Shown piece after piece: positions 1 to 10,643 of a stretch of 52,528 bases of DNA. The notes beneath the pieces are model-generated. The model did not search any database and had not been told where the DNA came from. It worked only from the letters and a program-made list of their open reading frames with translations. The translations under genes and the position numbers were made by a program. The first letter of the stretch is position 1; the number at the start of each line of letters is the position of its first letter. Source of the DNA: Candidatus Atribacteria bacterium (GTDB lineage: Bacteria > Atribacterota > Atribacteria > Atribacterales > Caldatribacteriaceae). The DNA lies in NCBI GenBank assembly GCA_029549715.1, contig JAKPIQ010000193.1:1-52528 (forward strand). Reading direction: 5' to 3'.

Positions 1-1
1 G

Positions 2-2221
2 ACTGAAAGTGATCAGATTTCTCAAGGGCATATATTTGAATACAGCCATCATCATCTGATGGGTTTCTTCATCTAATCCGGCAAAAAGAGGGCTACTTTG
101 TTTTAGAGGTTCCAACATCTGCTTTAAAATTTCTGCTCCGGCGGGATCTTCTGAGAGGTCCCCCAGGGTAGAGTTTCTGGTAAACTTTTTCCTGATCCTG
201 ACAGTAGATGTAACTTTAACCCTATCCTTGAGAAGGATATCTTTTGATGATTTACCTACCAGTATTTCAAAATCTCCCGTTTCCACATACCAGTCTTTTA
301 TATCTACATTGTAGTAGGCAAAGTCTCTTTTACTCAGAGTAAATGTAACGGCTTTCTCCTCGTCAGGCTGGAGTTCTACTTTCTCAAATCCTCTCAGCTC
401 TTTTTCAGGTCTAATGGCGCTACTTTCTGCATCCCTCACATATAACTGGACAATCTCTTTTCCCGGCAGGCTACCCCTATTTTTGACTTTTACTGTAACA
501 TTAACAGTTTCCCGATCATCTATTTCTTTTTTATCAATGTGCATATCGCTGTACTCAAATGTGGTATAGCTCAGACCATAGCCAAAAGGGAACAATACCT
601 CGATATCTTTTTTATCATAATATCGGTAGCCAATGAAGATACCTTCTCTGTATTCTACTCTATCATCTTCTCCAGGAAAGTTCAGATAAGATGGATTATG
701 GCTCAGCTTTTGGGGAAATGTTTCTGCCAACTTTCCACAAGGATTAGCCATACCAAAGAGCAATTCTGCTAGCGCTGCACCCCCGGCCTGTCCTGATAGA
801 TAACATTCAAACAATCCCTTAACTTCGTCTACCCAGGGCATCTCTACTGGAGCACCGTTACAAAGAACCACCACGGTGTTTTCCTGCACACTAACCACTT
901 GAGAAATCAACTTATCATGACTCTCAGGCAAACTCATATGAAGCCTATCATACCCTTCTGACTCATAACTCTCCGGTAGCCCGGCAAATATCACTGCCAC
1001 ATCGGCTCTCTTAGCTACCTCTTGTGCCTCATTGATTAGATTTTCATCTACAGTATCATCTTCCAGGCTGTATCCTTCTGCATATAAAAGCTGAACCCTC
1101 TCTCCTCCTATTTTTTCTATCTCTTCATATGGTATATCCAGCATGGTAGGATTAACATGAGAACTTCCCCCACCCTGATACCTGGGCTTTTTAGCCAGGG
1201 CACCTATAACCGCTATAGTTCCTCCCCTTTTCAAAGGAAGAATGTTACCCTCATTTTTTAAAAGCACTATGCACTCTCGGGCTATTTCTTTTGCCAGCTT
1301 ATGATGGGTCAGCTTATCATAGGTTGCTCCCTCTTTTCTATTGTTCACGGCCTTAAATATGACGGTTAAAAGTCTCTCCACTGCCCGGTCGAGAGTGTCT
1401 TCTGAAAGCCTTCCCCCCTTTACCGCTTCGATAATTTTTTGGTCATTTATGCCATAACTGGAAGGCATTTCCAATTCTAACCCAGCCTCTAAAGCAAGCA
1501 CTCTATCATCAACCGCTCCCCAATCAGACACCACAAAACCTTCATGCTTCCACTCTTCTTTTAAAATTTCGGTTAATAAATACTTATTCTGGGAGCAGTA
1601 TTCTTCGTTGATTTTATTATACGCGCACATTACTGTCCAGGGTTGAGCACACTTTACCGCAGACTCAAAACTACTCAGGTATATCTCCCTCAATGTTCTC
1701 TCATCTACTATCGCATTGATAGACATTCTTCTGTGTTCTTGATTATTAGCGGCAAAATGTTTTATAGATGTTCCCACTCCCTGGCTCTGCACTCCTTTTA
1801 TGTAGCTCGCTGCCAACTCCGAGGAGAGATAAGGATCCTCAGAAAAGTACTCAAAATTCCTTCCGCAGAGAGGGGATCTTTTTATATTGACAGCCGGCCC
1901 TAATATAATAGAAACACCTTCCGCCTGACACTCTTCTCCCAGCGCTCGGCCCAGTTTTTCTATAAGCTCTCTATCCCAGGAACAAGCAAGACAGGAAGCA
2001 GTAGGGAAACAAGTAGCAGGAACACTACTGCGTAAACCTACTCCACTCTCCTCTTCACTTTCTTTTCTCAGGCCATGAGGTCCATCTGTCATCATGATAG
2101 ACGGAATTTCCACCCTCTCTACAGGCTTGGTATGCCATAAGTCAAGCCCCGAGCATAGACTGGCTTTCTCTTCCCAAGTCATTTGAGATATTATTTTTTT
2201 AATATCTCTTTCCATGTCCAT
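2..2221 (-). CDS. Glycoside hydrolase family 3 beta-glucosidase; the C-terminus runs off the left window edge
   Basis: Absent from the ORF track because there is no stop before the edge. My minus-strand translation from the ATG at 2221-2219 gives [33 protein letters not shown]...DGPHGLRK...KHFAANNQE...GFVVSDWGA (GH3 nucleophile Asp context). A GGGAGGG SD lies about 8 nt upstream. The frame stays open to position 2. Confidence 0.85.
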   Translation of the reverse strand, partial: MDMERDIKKIISQMTWEEKASLCSGLDLWHTKPVERVEIPSIMMTDGPHGLRKESEEESGVGLRSSVPATCFPTASCLACSWDRELIEKLGRALGEECQAEGVSIILGPAVNIKRSPLCGRNFEYFSEDPYLSSELAASYIKGVQSQGVGTSIKHFAANNQEHRRMSINAIVDERTLREIYLSSFESAVKCAQPWTVMCAYNKINEEYCSQNKYLLTEILKEEWKHEGFVVSDWGAVDDRVLALEAGLELEMPSSYGINDQKIIEAVKGGRLSEDTLDRAVERLLTVIFKAVNNRKEGATYDKLTHHKLAKEIARECIVLLKNEGNILPLKRGGTIAVIGALAKKPRYQGGGSSHVNPTMLDIPYEEIEKIGGERVQLLYAEGYSLEDDTVDENLINEAQEVAKRADVAVIFAGLPESYESEGYDRLHMSLPESHDKLISQVVSVQENTVVVLCNGAPVEMPWVDEVKGLFECYLSGQAGGAALAELLFGMANPCGKLAETFPQKLSHNPSYLNFPGEDDRVEYREGIFIGYRYYDKKDIEVLFPFGYGLSYTTFEYSDMHIDKKEIDDRETVNVTVKVKNRGSLPGKEIVQLYVRDAESSAIRPEKELRGFEKVELQPDEEKAVTFTLSKRDFAYYNVDIKDWYVETGDFEILVGKSSKDILLKDRVKVTSTVRIRKKFTRNSTLGDLSEDPAGAEILKQMLEPLKQSSPLFAGLDEETHQMMMAVFKYMPLRNLITFS

Positions 2222-2411
2222 AACCATTTCCCTCCCTTAAACTTTTAGTTCTGGGGGTTGAACTTTCTCTAAAATGGTAAATAAATTCACCTTCTACTAC
2301 CGAAATATACGGTTATATTAAAAACTCACTAAAATCCCATAGCGTTCAAGCAAAAGAGAGAACTTCTTGCAATAGAAAGAAGAAAAGAGTTTGAAGAGTA
2401 TTGTCTGGTCA

Positions 2412-4199
2412 TCATCCAGCCAGCAGCCAGCTAAATTGCGATGTATATAGATCACGATATATACCACCTGCAGCCATTAGCTCTTCGTGAGTACCAGATT
2501 CTTTTATCTGCCCGTCATCCACCACCATTATTCGATCGGCATTACGTATAGTAGATAGCCGGTGAGCTATAACAAAGGAGGTGCGCCCCTCCAGCAAGCG
2601 CTCTATCCCCATCTGCACCAGGCGCTCGGTATGCGTATCTATACTCGAGGTAGCTTCATCCAGTATAAGAATGCGCGGATCAGCTAAAAGTGCCCGGGCA
2701 AAAGATATGAGCTGGCGTTGCCCCACTGATAATCTGGAACCTCGTTCCCTAACCTCTGTGAAATAACCATTCTTAAACTCTCTTATGAAATCATCAGCAT
2801 GCACCGCTTTGGCTGCCGCTATTACCTCTTCGTCTGTTGCATCTAACTTACCGTAGCGAATATTATCCATAATGGTACCGGAGAAAAGGAAGGTATCCTG
2901 CAGCACTATACCTAACTGGCTACGCAGTGATTCCAGGGTTACATCGCGCACATCAAAACCATCAATCAATACTCGCCCCCCTGTCACATCATAGAAACGA
3001 GCTATGAGATTTATTATAGTGGATTTACCAGCACCCGTCGGCCCTACCAGCGCTATATTCTCTCCCGGTTGAACCACAAAACTCACATCTTTTAATACCG
3101 GTTTATCTGGCTCATAGTGAAAATAGACATGGTCAAACTCCACATGTCCTTTTATAGGGGGCATCGGCACAGCATCCGGTTTATCGGTAACCTCAGGCTT
3201 TGTATCCAGTATCTCGAACACCCGCTCGGCTGATGCCATGGCTATCAAAAGCTGATTATAGAAATTGCTCATGGTAGAAAGTGGCATCCAGAACCGGCCC
3301 ATATAGCTGGTAAACGCCACCAGGGTACCCACTGTTACCTCTCCTCTGGTCACCATCCCTGCCCCCACTATAAATATTAAAGCATTACCCACTGCTCCTA
3401 TAATATTTAGGAGGGGCCAGAAGGCATTATTAATCCGTATAGCATCCATGTGAGCCGTCTTTATATCTTTGTTCAGCCCTAAAAATATCTTCTCATTGAC
3501 ATCCTCCTGCACAAAAGCCTGTGTCACACGCATGCCTGATATGTTTTCCTGTAAATAAGCGTTCATATTGGAATTCTTCTGGCGCACTATTTGCCAGCGC
3601 TCTCTTATAATCTGGCGCAAACCAAACATTATTGCTACCAGAGCTGGCAGTAATATGAATGACATAAGCGTAAGACGTACGTTCATGCTAAACATTATAA
3701 TGACAATAACTATCAACATTACGAAATCATTAACTACATTTATAAGACCACTGGTCAACAGGTTATTTAAGGAGTTAACATCATTCACCAGGCGCATCAT
3801 GATTTTCCCTGCTGGCCGGCCATCAAAGAAGGTAAGTGATAGATTTTCTATATGTTGGAATAAATCCATGCGCATGTTATATAACATGCGCTGCCCCATA
3901 GCGGTCATCATGGTAATGCGCTTGCGGTTTACGAAATAGGCGCCCACGGTAATAGCAGCAAATACCAGAGTAAGGTATATCATACCCTGTACATCAGCGG
4001 CTGCTATATAGTCATCTATAGCCAACTTTATTATATAAGGGCCAGCTAACCCGGCTAAAGTAGCTATCATCATGAGGGCAAAAGCTGCTGCTAGATGTTT
4101 CTTAAAAGGACCCAGATATCCTAACAGGCGAATAAATTGATCTTTGTCGAACGGCTTACGTAGCGGTTCGTCATCAGAAAACCTACTTACCCTAGCCAT
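2412..4199 (-). CDS. ABC exporter permease/ATPase subunit, the consensus-NBD partner of a heterodimer
   Basis: 595 aa with an N-terminal 6-TM-type domain plus an NBD. Walker A is GPTGAGKST and Walker B is ILILDE (canonical Glu). The signature is the non-canonical LSVGQ (about 2718-2732) and the H-loop is IAHR. The ATG overlaps the upstream stop by 13 nt (ATGGCTAGGGTAA). Confidence 0.9.
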   Translation of the reverse strand: MARVSRFSDDEPLRKPFDKDQFIRLLGYLGPFKKHLAAAFALMMIATLAGLAGPYIIKLAIDDYIAAADVQGMIYLTLVFAAITVGAYFVNRKRITMMTAMGQRMLYNMRMDLFQHIENLSLTFFDGRPAGKIMMRLVNDVNSLNNLLTSGLINVVNDFVMLIVIVIIMFSMNVRLTLMSFILLPALVAIMFGLRQIIRERWQIVRQKNSNMNAYLQENISGMRVTQAFVQEDVNEKIFLGLNKDIKTAHMDAIRINNAFWPLLNIIGAVGNALIFIVGAGMVTRGEVTVGTLVAFTSYMGRFWMPLSTMSNFYNQLLIAMASAERVFEILDTKPEVTDKPDAVPMPPIKGHVEFDHVYFHYEPDKPVLKDVSFVVQPGENIALVGPTGAGKSTIINLIARFYDVTGGRVLIDGFDVRDVTLESLRSQLGIVLQDTFLFSGTIMDNIRYGKLDATDEEVIAAAKAVHADDFIREFKNGYFTEVRERGSRLSVGQRQLISFARALLADPRILILDEATSSIDTHTERLVQMGIERLLEGRTSFVIAHRLSTIRNADRIMVVDDGQIKESGTHEELMAAGGIYRDLYTSQFSWLLAG

Positions 4200-5971
4200 A
4201 CCGCACCATCTTCCTTATCCCTCGCTAACTCTTGAGTAATGTCTTCTACTACTAAGCCTTTATACTGATCTTTAAATATGTCATAGTAAACGCCCTTCAT
4301 CTCCAGCAGTTGGTCATGATTGCCCCGCTCGACTATACGGCCTTTTTCCAATATTACGATCTCATCAGCATCTTTTACAGCTGATATACGGTGAGCTATG
4401 ATAAACGTGGTCCGCCCCGTCATAAGGCGCTTAAGGGCCTGTTGTATTTCATGCTCGGTCTCCATATCCACATTAGAGGTGGCATCATCCAGTATTAAGA
4501 TAGGCGCATTTATGAGTAATGCCCGTGCTATGGCTATGCGTTGCTTCTGACCACCTGACAAGCCCACTCCCCGCTCACCTACCACTGTGTTATATCCTTC
4601 GGGCATCTCCATTATGAAATCATGAGCACAAGCTGCCTTGGCTGCTGCTATGATTTCGTCCATGGGCGCATTATCATTGCCATAGGCTATATTATTAGCT
4701 ATAGTATCGGAGAACAAAAATGTCTCCTGCATAACCACCGACACATTGCGCCGCAGTGTTTTTAAATCCCAATCTCTCACATCCACGTGGTCCACTAAAA
4801 CTCGCCCTTTTTGGGGATCATAAAAACGGCATATTAAGTTTACTATAGAAGTTTTACCTGCTCCGGTGGCACCCATTATGGCCACTTTTTTACCTGCCGG
4901 GGCATCTATATTTATATCTTCCAGCACCACATCGTTACCATACCTGAAGGTTACGTTTTCAAAACGCACATCACCACGCACTTTATCTGGTTTATAGGCA
5001 TCCGGCTTAACTGGCATCGCCACATCAGTATCCAGAAGATCAAATATCCGCTGACCGGACGATATAACCCATCCAACCATATCGAGTAGCGTCCCCAGAT
5101 TGCGCATAGGCCATATGAGTGACCAAAGATAACCGTTAAATGCCACCATCATGCCCACGGTTATCTCACCCCTCATCACCAGCCACCCACCATAGGATAT
5201 TAATGCTACCACACTCATGCTGCTCAAAAGTTCAAGCAATGGGCCAAAGCGACTTCTTAATAGCCCTGCCACCATATTTTTCTTATACACTTCATCATTT
5301 TCAGCCCGGAATCGCTCTACCTCGTATTTCTCACGGGCAAAGGCCTTCACTACTCTTATACCGGTTATATTCTCCTGAATGAAGCGATTGAAGGCTGCCA
5401 TCTGGTGGCGTATATCGCTGTGCGCCCGCTCCATTTTTCTTTCAAAAGAAATAGCTGTTATGGCTAAAAGCGGTGAAAAAGAGAGGCACATCAAGGTTAG
5501 CTTGGTATTCATGTTAAAAAGTATAGCAGTTACACCTATAAAAGTTACCATACTGGATATCAACGTGGGAAATCCTCCCACCATAAAAGAGCGTACTCCT
5601 TCCAGATCACCAGTGAGACGCGACATAAGCTCACCGGTATGTGCTTCATCGTAAAAAGAGAAAGAAGCACTCTGGAGATGCCTGTACATGTCGTGACGAA
5701 TGGAGAAAACGATCTTTTGAGAAAGATCCTCAAATGAGTAACTGTGGGTATATTGCAACACAGACCCTACCACGCTCGCTATCACAAGACCGGTAGTCAA
5801 CAATCGTAATAAGTGGAGCTGTCCACCTTTTATGACCCTATCTATCAATAATCCTATGAGGTAGGGATTGATCATGCCTACCCCCACAGCAGCCAGAAGG
5901 ACAATAGTAGTTAGTATGAACTGTACCTTGAAAGGTCGTATATAAGTCCACAACCGCTTAATAATATCCAT
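4187..5971 (-). CDS. ABC exporter permease/ATPase subunit, the degenerate-NBD partner of a heterodimer
   Basis: 594 aa. Walker A is GATGAGKTS and the signature is LSGGQ. Walker B is ILILDD, with Asp replacing the catalytic Glu (codons at 4484-4489). The gene is translationally coupled to 2412..4199. Confidence 0.9.
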   Translation of the reverse strand: MDIIKRLWTYIRPFKVQFILTTIVLLAAVGVGMINPYLIGLLIDRVIKGGQLHLLRLLTTGLVIASVVGSVLQYTHSYSFEDLSQKIVFSIRHDMYRHLQSASFSFYDEAHTGELMSRLTGDLEGVRSFMVGGFPTLISSMVTFIGVTAILFNMNTKLTLMCLSFSPLLAITAISFERKMERAHSDIRHQMAAFNRFIQENITGIRVVKAFAREKYEVERFRAENDEVYKKNMVAGLLRSRFGPLLELLSSMSVVALISYGGWLVMRGEITVGMMVAFNGYLWSLIWPMRNLGTLLDMVGWVISSGQRIFDLLDTDVAMPVKPDAYKPDKVRGDVRFENVTFRYGNDVVLEDINIDAPAGKKVAIMGATGAGKTSIVNLICRFYDPQKGRVLVDHVDVRDWDLKTLRRNVSVVMQETFLFSDTIANNIAYGNDNAPMDEIIAAAKAACAHDFIMEMPEGYNTVVGERGVGLSGGQKQRIAIARALLINAPILILDDATSNVDMETEHEIQQALKRLMTGRTTFIIAHRISAVKDADEIVILEKGRIVERGNHDQLLEMKGVYYDIFKDQYKGLVVEDITQELARDKEDGAVWLG

Positions 5972-6439
5972 GACAGGCCCACCTTTTTAGTTCCGATAAA
6001 TTATTTACGCTCACAGCCATTGTAACCTATAACCAGCCATAATAAAAGCCTGAATAGGGCCAGTAGAGTCTTTTTTTTCTATAAAAATAAATGGTCCAAT
6101 TTGGCAGAGATAGATAACGTGACTTTACTCCTCTATAACGAGCAAAATTCCCATCTCTCAACCAGCACTTTGACATTTCACCATCAGTTTCAACTAATAT
6201 TATTTTCTCTGGAAATCTCATAATCCACAACAAGAACATAATTTTACCTTAAAATAAGAAAATTTCAACCCTTCTAAGGTCCAGACCCAAAATTACTTTG
6301 CTGAAAAGAAATTACCCCACCGAATAAAAGAAAACATGGGAAAAGGTAAAAAGGAGAATAATCCACTTTCTTCGAAAAAGGATTTGACCGGTATCATTTT
6401 TAAACATATGGGTAAACTAAGAAAATTTCCTCTTCTTTA

Positions 6440-7270
6440 TTAGTTACCCATAGAGGGGAAAATGTCGTATTTTCTAAAGTATAAATATTTATCGGCCATC
6501 ACATTCAAAGGTTTTTTAGTGAAAGTGAAGTTCTCCGCCATCATCGTCAAGACCGAACTTAACTCTTTTTCTTTAGCCACTTCGCTCTCACTAGCTTCGT
6601 GATATAATTCGCTTCCCTTTTTTTCTAACTCTTCTCCTTTATAGGCCCAATTACCTTTCCTTTGACTTTTAGCTGTAGAATAAGACTGTTCTCCAAAGAG
6701 TTGTTCAGAGAATATGCCACTGAGGAATAAAGCCAGGTCTCCAGCTCTCTTCAGAAAAACAAAGCGATAAGGTTCATCTACCTGTTCGCTCATCTCTACC
6801 AGCAGGTCAAAGTCCATATCGGATAAAACCTTTTTGAAATAAATGCCCTTGCCCCGCCTCCGGTAAATGGTAAATTGATTAATCCGGATAAAAGAAACTA
6901 ATAGCTCCACCAGATAATCTCTGATTGCATCTCGGGAGAGAACTTGTAAAACTTTCTGGCTATCGAAAACGGGAACTCGAGTTCTGTATCCCACCTGTTC
7001 TAAAGTATATGCTTCTCTTTTTATATCCCGGATAGCCTGGCGAAGAAGAAGTTCAAAATATAGATAAGGACTGATGCGGACAAAAACATCCTCGCTTTGA
7101 GCTGCTTTTTTAAAAATTTCTTCTTCTTCCAAAACCAAATCTAAGGAATCAGGGTCTCGAGTTACTAAATCGAGAAAATAAGCTTTATTTCTTTCCTCCA
7201 CTACTAGATCAGCTAAAAACTGAAAGTCTCGCGATGAAAATTTGCTAAATACTTCCCTCATTGAAGTCAC
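6440..7270 (-). CDS. Hypothetical protein with no recognisable domain
   Basis: 276-aa ORF with protein-like composition. The longest ORF starts at a GTG (7270). The ATG at 7261 (MREVF...) is preceded by GAAGGTGA and is the more likely start. Confidence 0.55.
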   Translation of the reverse strand: MTSMREVFSKFSSRDFQFLADLVVEERNKAYFLDLVTRDPDSLDLVLEEEEIFKKAAQSEDVFVRISPYLYFELLLRQAIRDIKREAYTLEQVGYRTRVPVFDSQKVLQVLSRDAIRDYLVELLVSFIRINQFTIYRRRGKGIYFKKVLSDMDFDLLVEMSEQVDEPYRFVFLKRAGDLALFLSGIFSEQLFGEQSYSTAKSQRKGNWAYKGEELEKKGSELYHEASESEVAKEKELSSVLTMMAENFTFTKKPLNVMADKYLYFRKYDIFPSMGN

Positions 7271-7302
7271 CTTCTCGATATGCTACCTCAAATTTCCCCC
7301 CC

Positions 7303-7338
7303 AGCAAGGAAGAAAATACATTCCCTTTCTTCCTTGCT
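7303..7338 (-). terminator. Perfect 13-bp hairpin between the DUF1638 gene and the downstream hypothetical gene
   Basis: AGCAAGGAAGAAA (7303-7315), a 10-nt loop, then TTTCTTCCTTGCT (7326-7338). No clear U-tract follows on either strand, so a role as an intrinsic terminator is uncertain. Confidence 0.35.
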
Positions 7339-7473
7339 CTTTAAATTATAAACGCAACAACACCTTTTTTTCTTCCAGAACTGGTTAGTTTAAGATTAAT
7401 TCCCTTTCCAGACCAAAACCATGAATTCTTATCCGAAATGCTCAATATCTATTTATTATCATCCGGACTAAAA

Positions 7474-8121
7474 CTAAAATAATATATCATCAATATTTAC
7501 CTCTTGTTCTTTCTTTATGATACAAAATTTGTCATCATAAGGCCCGGTCAGCAGTTTTTTTAAAAGCCCTATACTACCTTTCTCTATCACTAAATCTAAA
7601 TTACTAATTCTGGCAAATTTCTGTACTTTCTGGATATAATCTACCAGGTTATAAGCTCCCGTATCTATAACTACTAATTTATTGTAGTGCTTTAGCATAA
7701 GACGGAATATTCGTTCAGTTTTTTCTTCTCCATAACGCTTCACAGCATTTGAGTAATCCACCATTATGCCCCCAGGGCTTTCTATCCAGCCTCGGGTTAA
7801 AAAATAAGCAGCCTTCATCTTATTACCCTCTGAGCAACCTAAAACCATAGAAATACAATCATCAGTTCTGGGAAAGATAAGGTTAGCGCCAGAGGCTTTG
7901 AGGCCCACTATCGCATTGCCGCAAAAACCATACGCCAGCAATATATTATCAATATTTCTTAAATTGTCTACCTCTTCTTGAAGCTTTAATCTTAGTTTGT
8001 CCGGGTGCAGATGATAGCTTGAATCTATCCAGACAACCGGATACCTGCACTGTGTTTCCTTGATAGCCAGATTCAGCTCATCTTTTATCGTTTGACAGGC
8101 AATAACAACATTTTTCATCAT
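7474..8121 (-). CDS. DUF1638 domain protein, an accessory protein commonly encoded beside corrinoid methyltransferase genes
   Basis: The pattern VVIACQTIKDEL...YHLHPDKLRLKLQEEVD...ILLAYGFCGNAIVGL...IFPRTDDCISMVLG...YFLTRGWIES matches the DUF1638 family as I recall it. The ORF track starts at 8151, but a GGAGAG SD favours the ATG at 8121 (MMKNVV). Confidence 0.7.
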   Translation of the reverse strand: MMKNVVIACQTIKDELNLAIKETQCRYPVVWIDSSYHLHPDKLRLKLQEEVDNLRNIDNILLAYGFCGNAIVGLKASGANLIFPRTDDCISMVLGCSEGNKMKAAYFLTRGWIESPGGIMVDYSNAVKRYGEEKTERIFRLMLKHYNKLVVIDTGAYNLVDYIQKVQKFARISNLDLVIEKGSIGLLKKLLTGPYDDKFCIIKKEQEVNIDDILF

Positions 8122-8265
8122 TCCCACTCTCCTGTAGCGGTGGGCATACAAACAAACCCTCCCTTATCTAACTTATTCAGCAACAAAAAGTAGACTATGC
8201 ACAAATATTTTTGACAATTCCCTGGAAGCAAATATATCAGCCTCGATTTTCTACTTTTTTAATTG

Positions 8266-10035
8266 TTAAAAGTCCAGTTTATTTAAAAATGTGCGCTCAA
8301 ATTCAGGGTGGGCGCTGAGCTCAACATAATGTGTTCTTCGAGCGAGTGCTATCGCTCGCTCATATTCTTTTGTGGAAAGCATAGCCAGCTTTGCACCGAT
8401 ACCTGCCGCGTTTCCAATTCCTTTTATTTTTCCCTCGAGTTCTTTAGGAATCAACCCTACTCTGCAGGCACTTTCAGGCTTCAGGTAGTTTCCAAAAGCA
8501 CCGGCAAGAAATACTTCATCTATATCCTCAACTTTAGCGCCATAGGTATTTAAGAGTATTTCAATCCCCGCTGCAATGGCCCCTTTTGCCAGCTGAAATT
8601 CTCTAATATCTTTCTGATTTATGTACACCGGTTGTCCTGTAGCGGTATTTTCAGCTACTACAAACGACAAAATACTATTCACATTGATAATCCTGTCTTT
8701 ATATTTTTTGCCCAGCCCGCTTTTTATGTTATCAGGCTCAAGTATTGAGCCTTTTTTGTTCACTATTCCTATTTTTAAAAGCTCAGCTATTATGTCCACA
8801 AGTCCAGAGCCTGCTATCCCTCTAGGCAATGTTTCTCCAATTACTGTATATTCACATTCTCCTTCCCCCAGGGATACATAAGCAATTGCTCCTGAAGCTC
8901 CCCTCATTCCGCAGGATATTTGTGCTCCTTCAAAGGCAGGACCTGCAGCTGCAGAACAAGCCAGGTATTCCCCCTCTTTACCAAGCATTATTTCTCCATT
9001 GGTTCCTATGTCCACTAAAAGTTTCAGTTTTTCAGCTTTATCCATCTCTGAAGCGAGAGCATCTGCTACTAAGTCTCCTCCTACAAAGCCAGCTATATTG
9101 GGGAAGGTAAAGACTTTACCTGCCAAATTTATTCTGAGATTGATATCGTTTGCATCCCCAACCATTGCCTCTGTCACAGCCGGTACATATGGAGAACGAG
9201 CTAAATATCCAGGCTGTATCTTAAGAAAAAGATGGTGCATGGTGGTATTTCCTACCACCACCAGAGTGTATATATCTTCAGCTTCATAGCCAGTTGTGCT
9301 TACTGCTTCTTCTACCAAGTTGTTCAATTCATTTATAATTTCTCTATGCAATTTATCTAACCCCAAAGAGGTATCAGAAGCAAAGATAATACGTGAAATC
9401 ACATCTGCACCGAATTTTGTTTGAGGATTAAGCGATGAAACTCGGGTTATTTCCTCCCCGGTCCTCAAATTTACAAGGTAACCTGCAATAGTTGTGGTCC
9501 CTATATCAAAAGCCATACCCAGCAATCTGTCACTTGTGTCTCCGCTCTCCACACCAATAATCTTATTATCTCCCACTACTGCGGTAACCTTAAAATTGCT
9601 CTCCCTTAGCTTTTCCGGCAAATCCTGTACTACTTTAAGATCTGGTCTTATTCCTTCTTTTCTCACTAATCTAGCCCAGTCATCGCGATTGTCTTCTAAA
9701 GAAGGAAGAGGCAGTTCAAGACAAACTTTCCTTACTAAGGGGTCTACCACCACTCGTCGCTCTATGCCTTCTGTTAATATTGTAATATGCCTCTCTTCTC
9801 TGTTTGATATTTCAACTACCAGATCACCTTCCACCTTCAATTGACAGGCAAGAACATCTTCTTCCTTGCCATTCCTTTTAATAATTTTTACTCTACATCG
9901 TTTACATAATCCCATTCCTCCACAGGGAAATTCAAAATCTACTCCGCTTCCTATAAAAGCTTCTTTCAAGAAAGTACCCTCTTCTACCAGGAGAAGAATG
10001 TCATCTGGCAGTAGGGTTACTTTATACTTATTCAT
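8266..10035 (-). CDS. RamA/RACE-type ATP-dependent reductive activase of corrinoid proteins (2Fe-2S ferredoxin domain plus ASKHA/DUF4445 domain)
   Basis: The N-terminus carries a plant-type ferredoxin Cys motif: FPCGGMGLCKRCRV...LACQ. ASKHA phosphate motifs are FDIGTTTIAG and LVDIGTNGEIMLG. The 589-aa size is typical. Confidence 0.8.
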   Translation of the reverse strand: MNKYKVTLLPDDILLLVEEGTFLKEAFIGSGVDFEFPCGGMGLCKRCRVKIIKRNGKEEDVLACQLKVEGDLVVEISNREERHITILTEGIERRVVVDPLVRKVCLELPLPSLEDNRDDWARLVRKEGIRPDLKVVQDLPEKLRESNFKVTAVVGDNKIIGVESGDTSDRLLGMAFDIGTTTIAGYLVNLRTGEEITRVSSLNPQTKFGADVISRIIFASDTSLGLDKLHREIINELNNLVEEAVSTTGYEAEDIYTLVVVGNTTMHHLFLKIQPGYLARSPYVPAVTEAMVGDANDINLRINLAGKVFTFPNIAGFVGGDLVADALASEMDKAEKLKLLVDIGTNGEIMLGKEGEYLACSAAAGPAFEGAQISCGMRGASGAIAYVSLGEGECEYTVIGETLPRGIAGSGLVDIIAELLKIGIVNKKGSILEPDNIKSGLGKKYKDRIINVNSILSFVVAENTATGQPVYINQKDIREFQLAKGAIAAGIEILLNTYGAKVEDIDEVFLAGAFGNYLKPESACRVGLIPKELEGKIKGIGNAAGIGAKLAMLSTKEYERAIALARRTHYVELSAHPEFERTFLNKLDF

Positions 10036-10300
10036 TTATGAGCGCACCGCCTGAAGCAGATTATTTACTTCCATTAAACAATTCACCAACTAAATATTAA
10101 CATAAATCTGAAAAGGCGAAGCAAATATTAAGTTACTGAAACAGGTCGACCACATGGCGCCTTTAGGTTTGATATCGAACTAAGTAGCGCAGGGCAAAAT
10201 CAAAATTCGCTGACAAGAGTAAAAAGGTACTCTCTCAACTACTTGCTGAAATTGAAACAAAAAGGTTTTCGCAAGCAGACAATTGAATCATGAAAAGTCC

Positions 10301-10352
10301 TTCTCTCTGTAGCATCACAAGTATACAAATGCCTGCAATGCCACAGAGAGAA
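10301..10352 (-). terminator. Long inverted repeat downstream of the MT1 / MFS-remnant unit
   Basis: TTCTCTCTGT (10301-10310) pairs with ACAGAGAGAA (10343-10352). An inner GCAT/ATGC pairing surrounds a GTATAC centre. On the minus strand the stem is followed by ACTTTTCAT. It could be a terminator or an operator. Confidence 0.4.
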
Positions 10353-10371
10353 AGAAGTTGATAAGTAATGT

Positions 10372-10617
10372 TTAAGCGGTAGATTCACCCTGGAGAAGAG
10401 AACCATGGATTCTCCCGCTCAATATTAGATATATTAGAGCACCAATGAAAAGAGCGACCATTTCCACAAAGATAGGAAAGCGTATCGCACTGTTTATCCT
10501 CAAAAGCACAGCAATGTAGTATGTGGACAAAAATCCACCCAAATTCATAAACGCCATTAGTATTCCTGAGGCGGTAGCATATGCTTCCGGAGAAGTGACC
10601 ATACCTACCATCATCAA
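10372..10617 (-). pseudogene. Probable C-terminal remnant of an MFS-type transporter (last two TM helices only)
   Basis: The 81-aa ORF contains two hydrophobic helices (GILMAFMNLGGFLSTYYIAVLL and FPIFVEMVALFIGALIYLILSG). An in-frame TAA lies immediately upstream, so no longer reading frame exists. The ORF starts 26 nt after the MT1 stop. Confidence 0.35.
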
Positions 10618-10643
10618 TTACATCATATCTCTTCCTTAATTTC

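Noticed and set aside
6027-6239. 70-aa minus-strand ORF in the intergenic region upstream of the ABC pair
   Set aside because: It has no SD, an aromatic and Arg-rich odd composition, and lies in an AT-rich promoter-like region. There is no supporting evidence that it is a gene.
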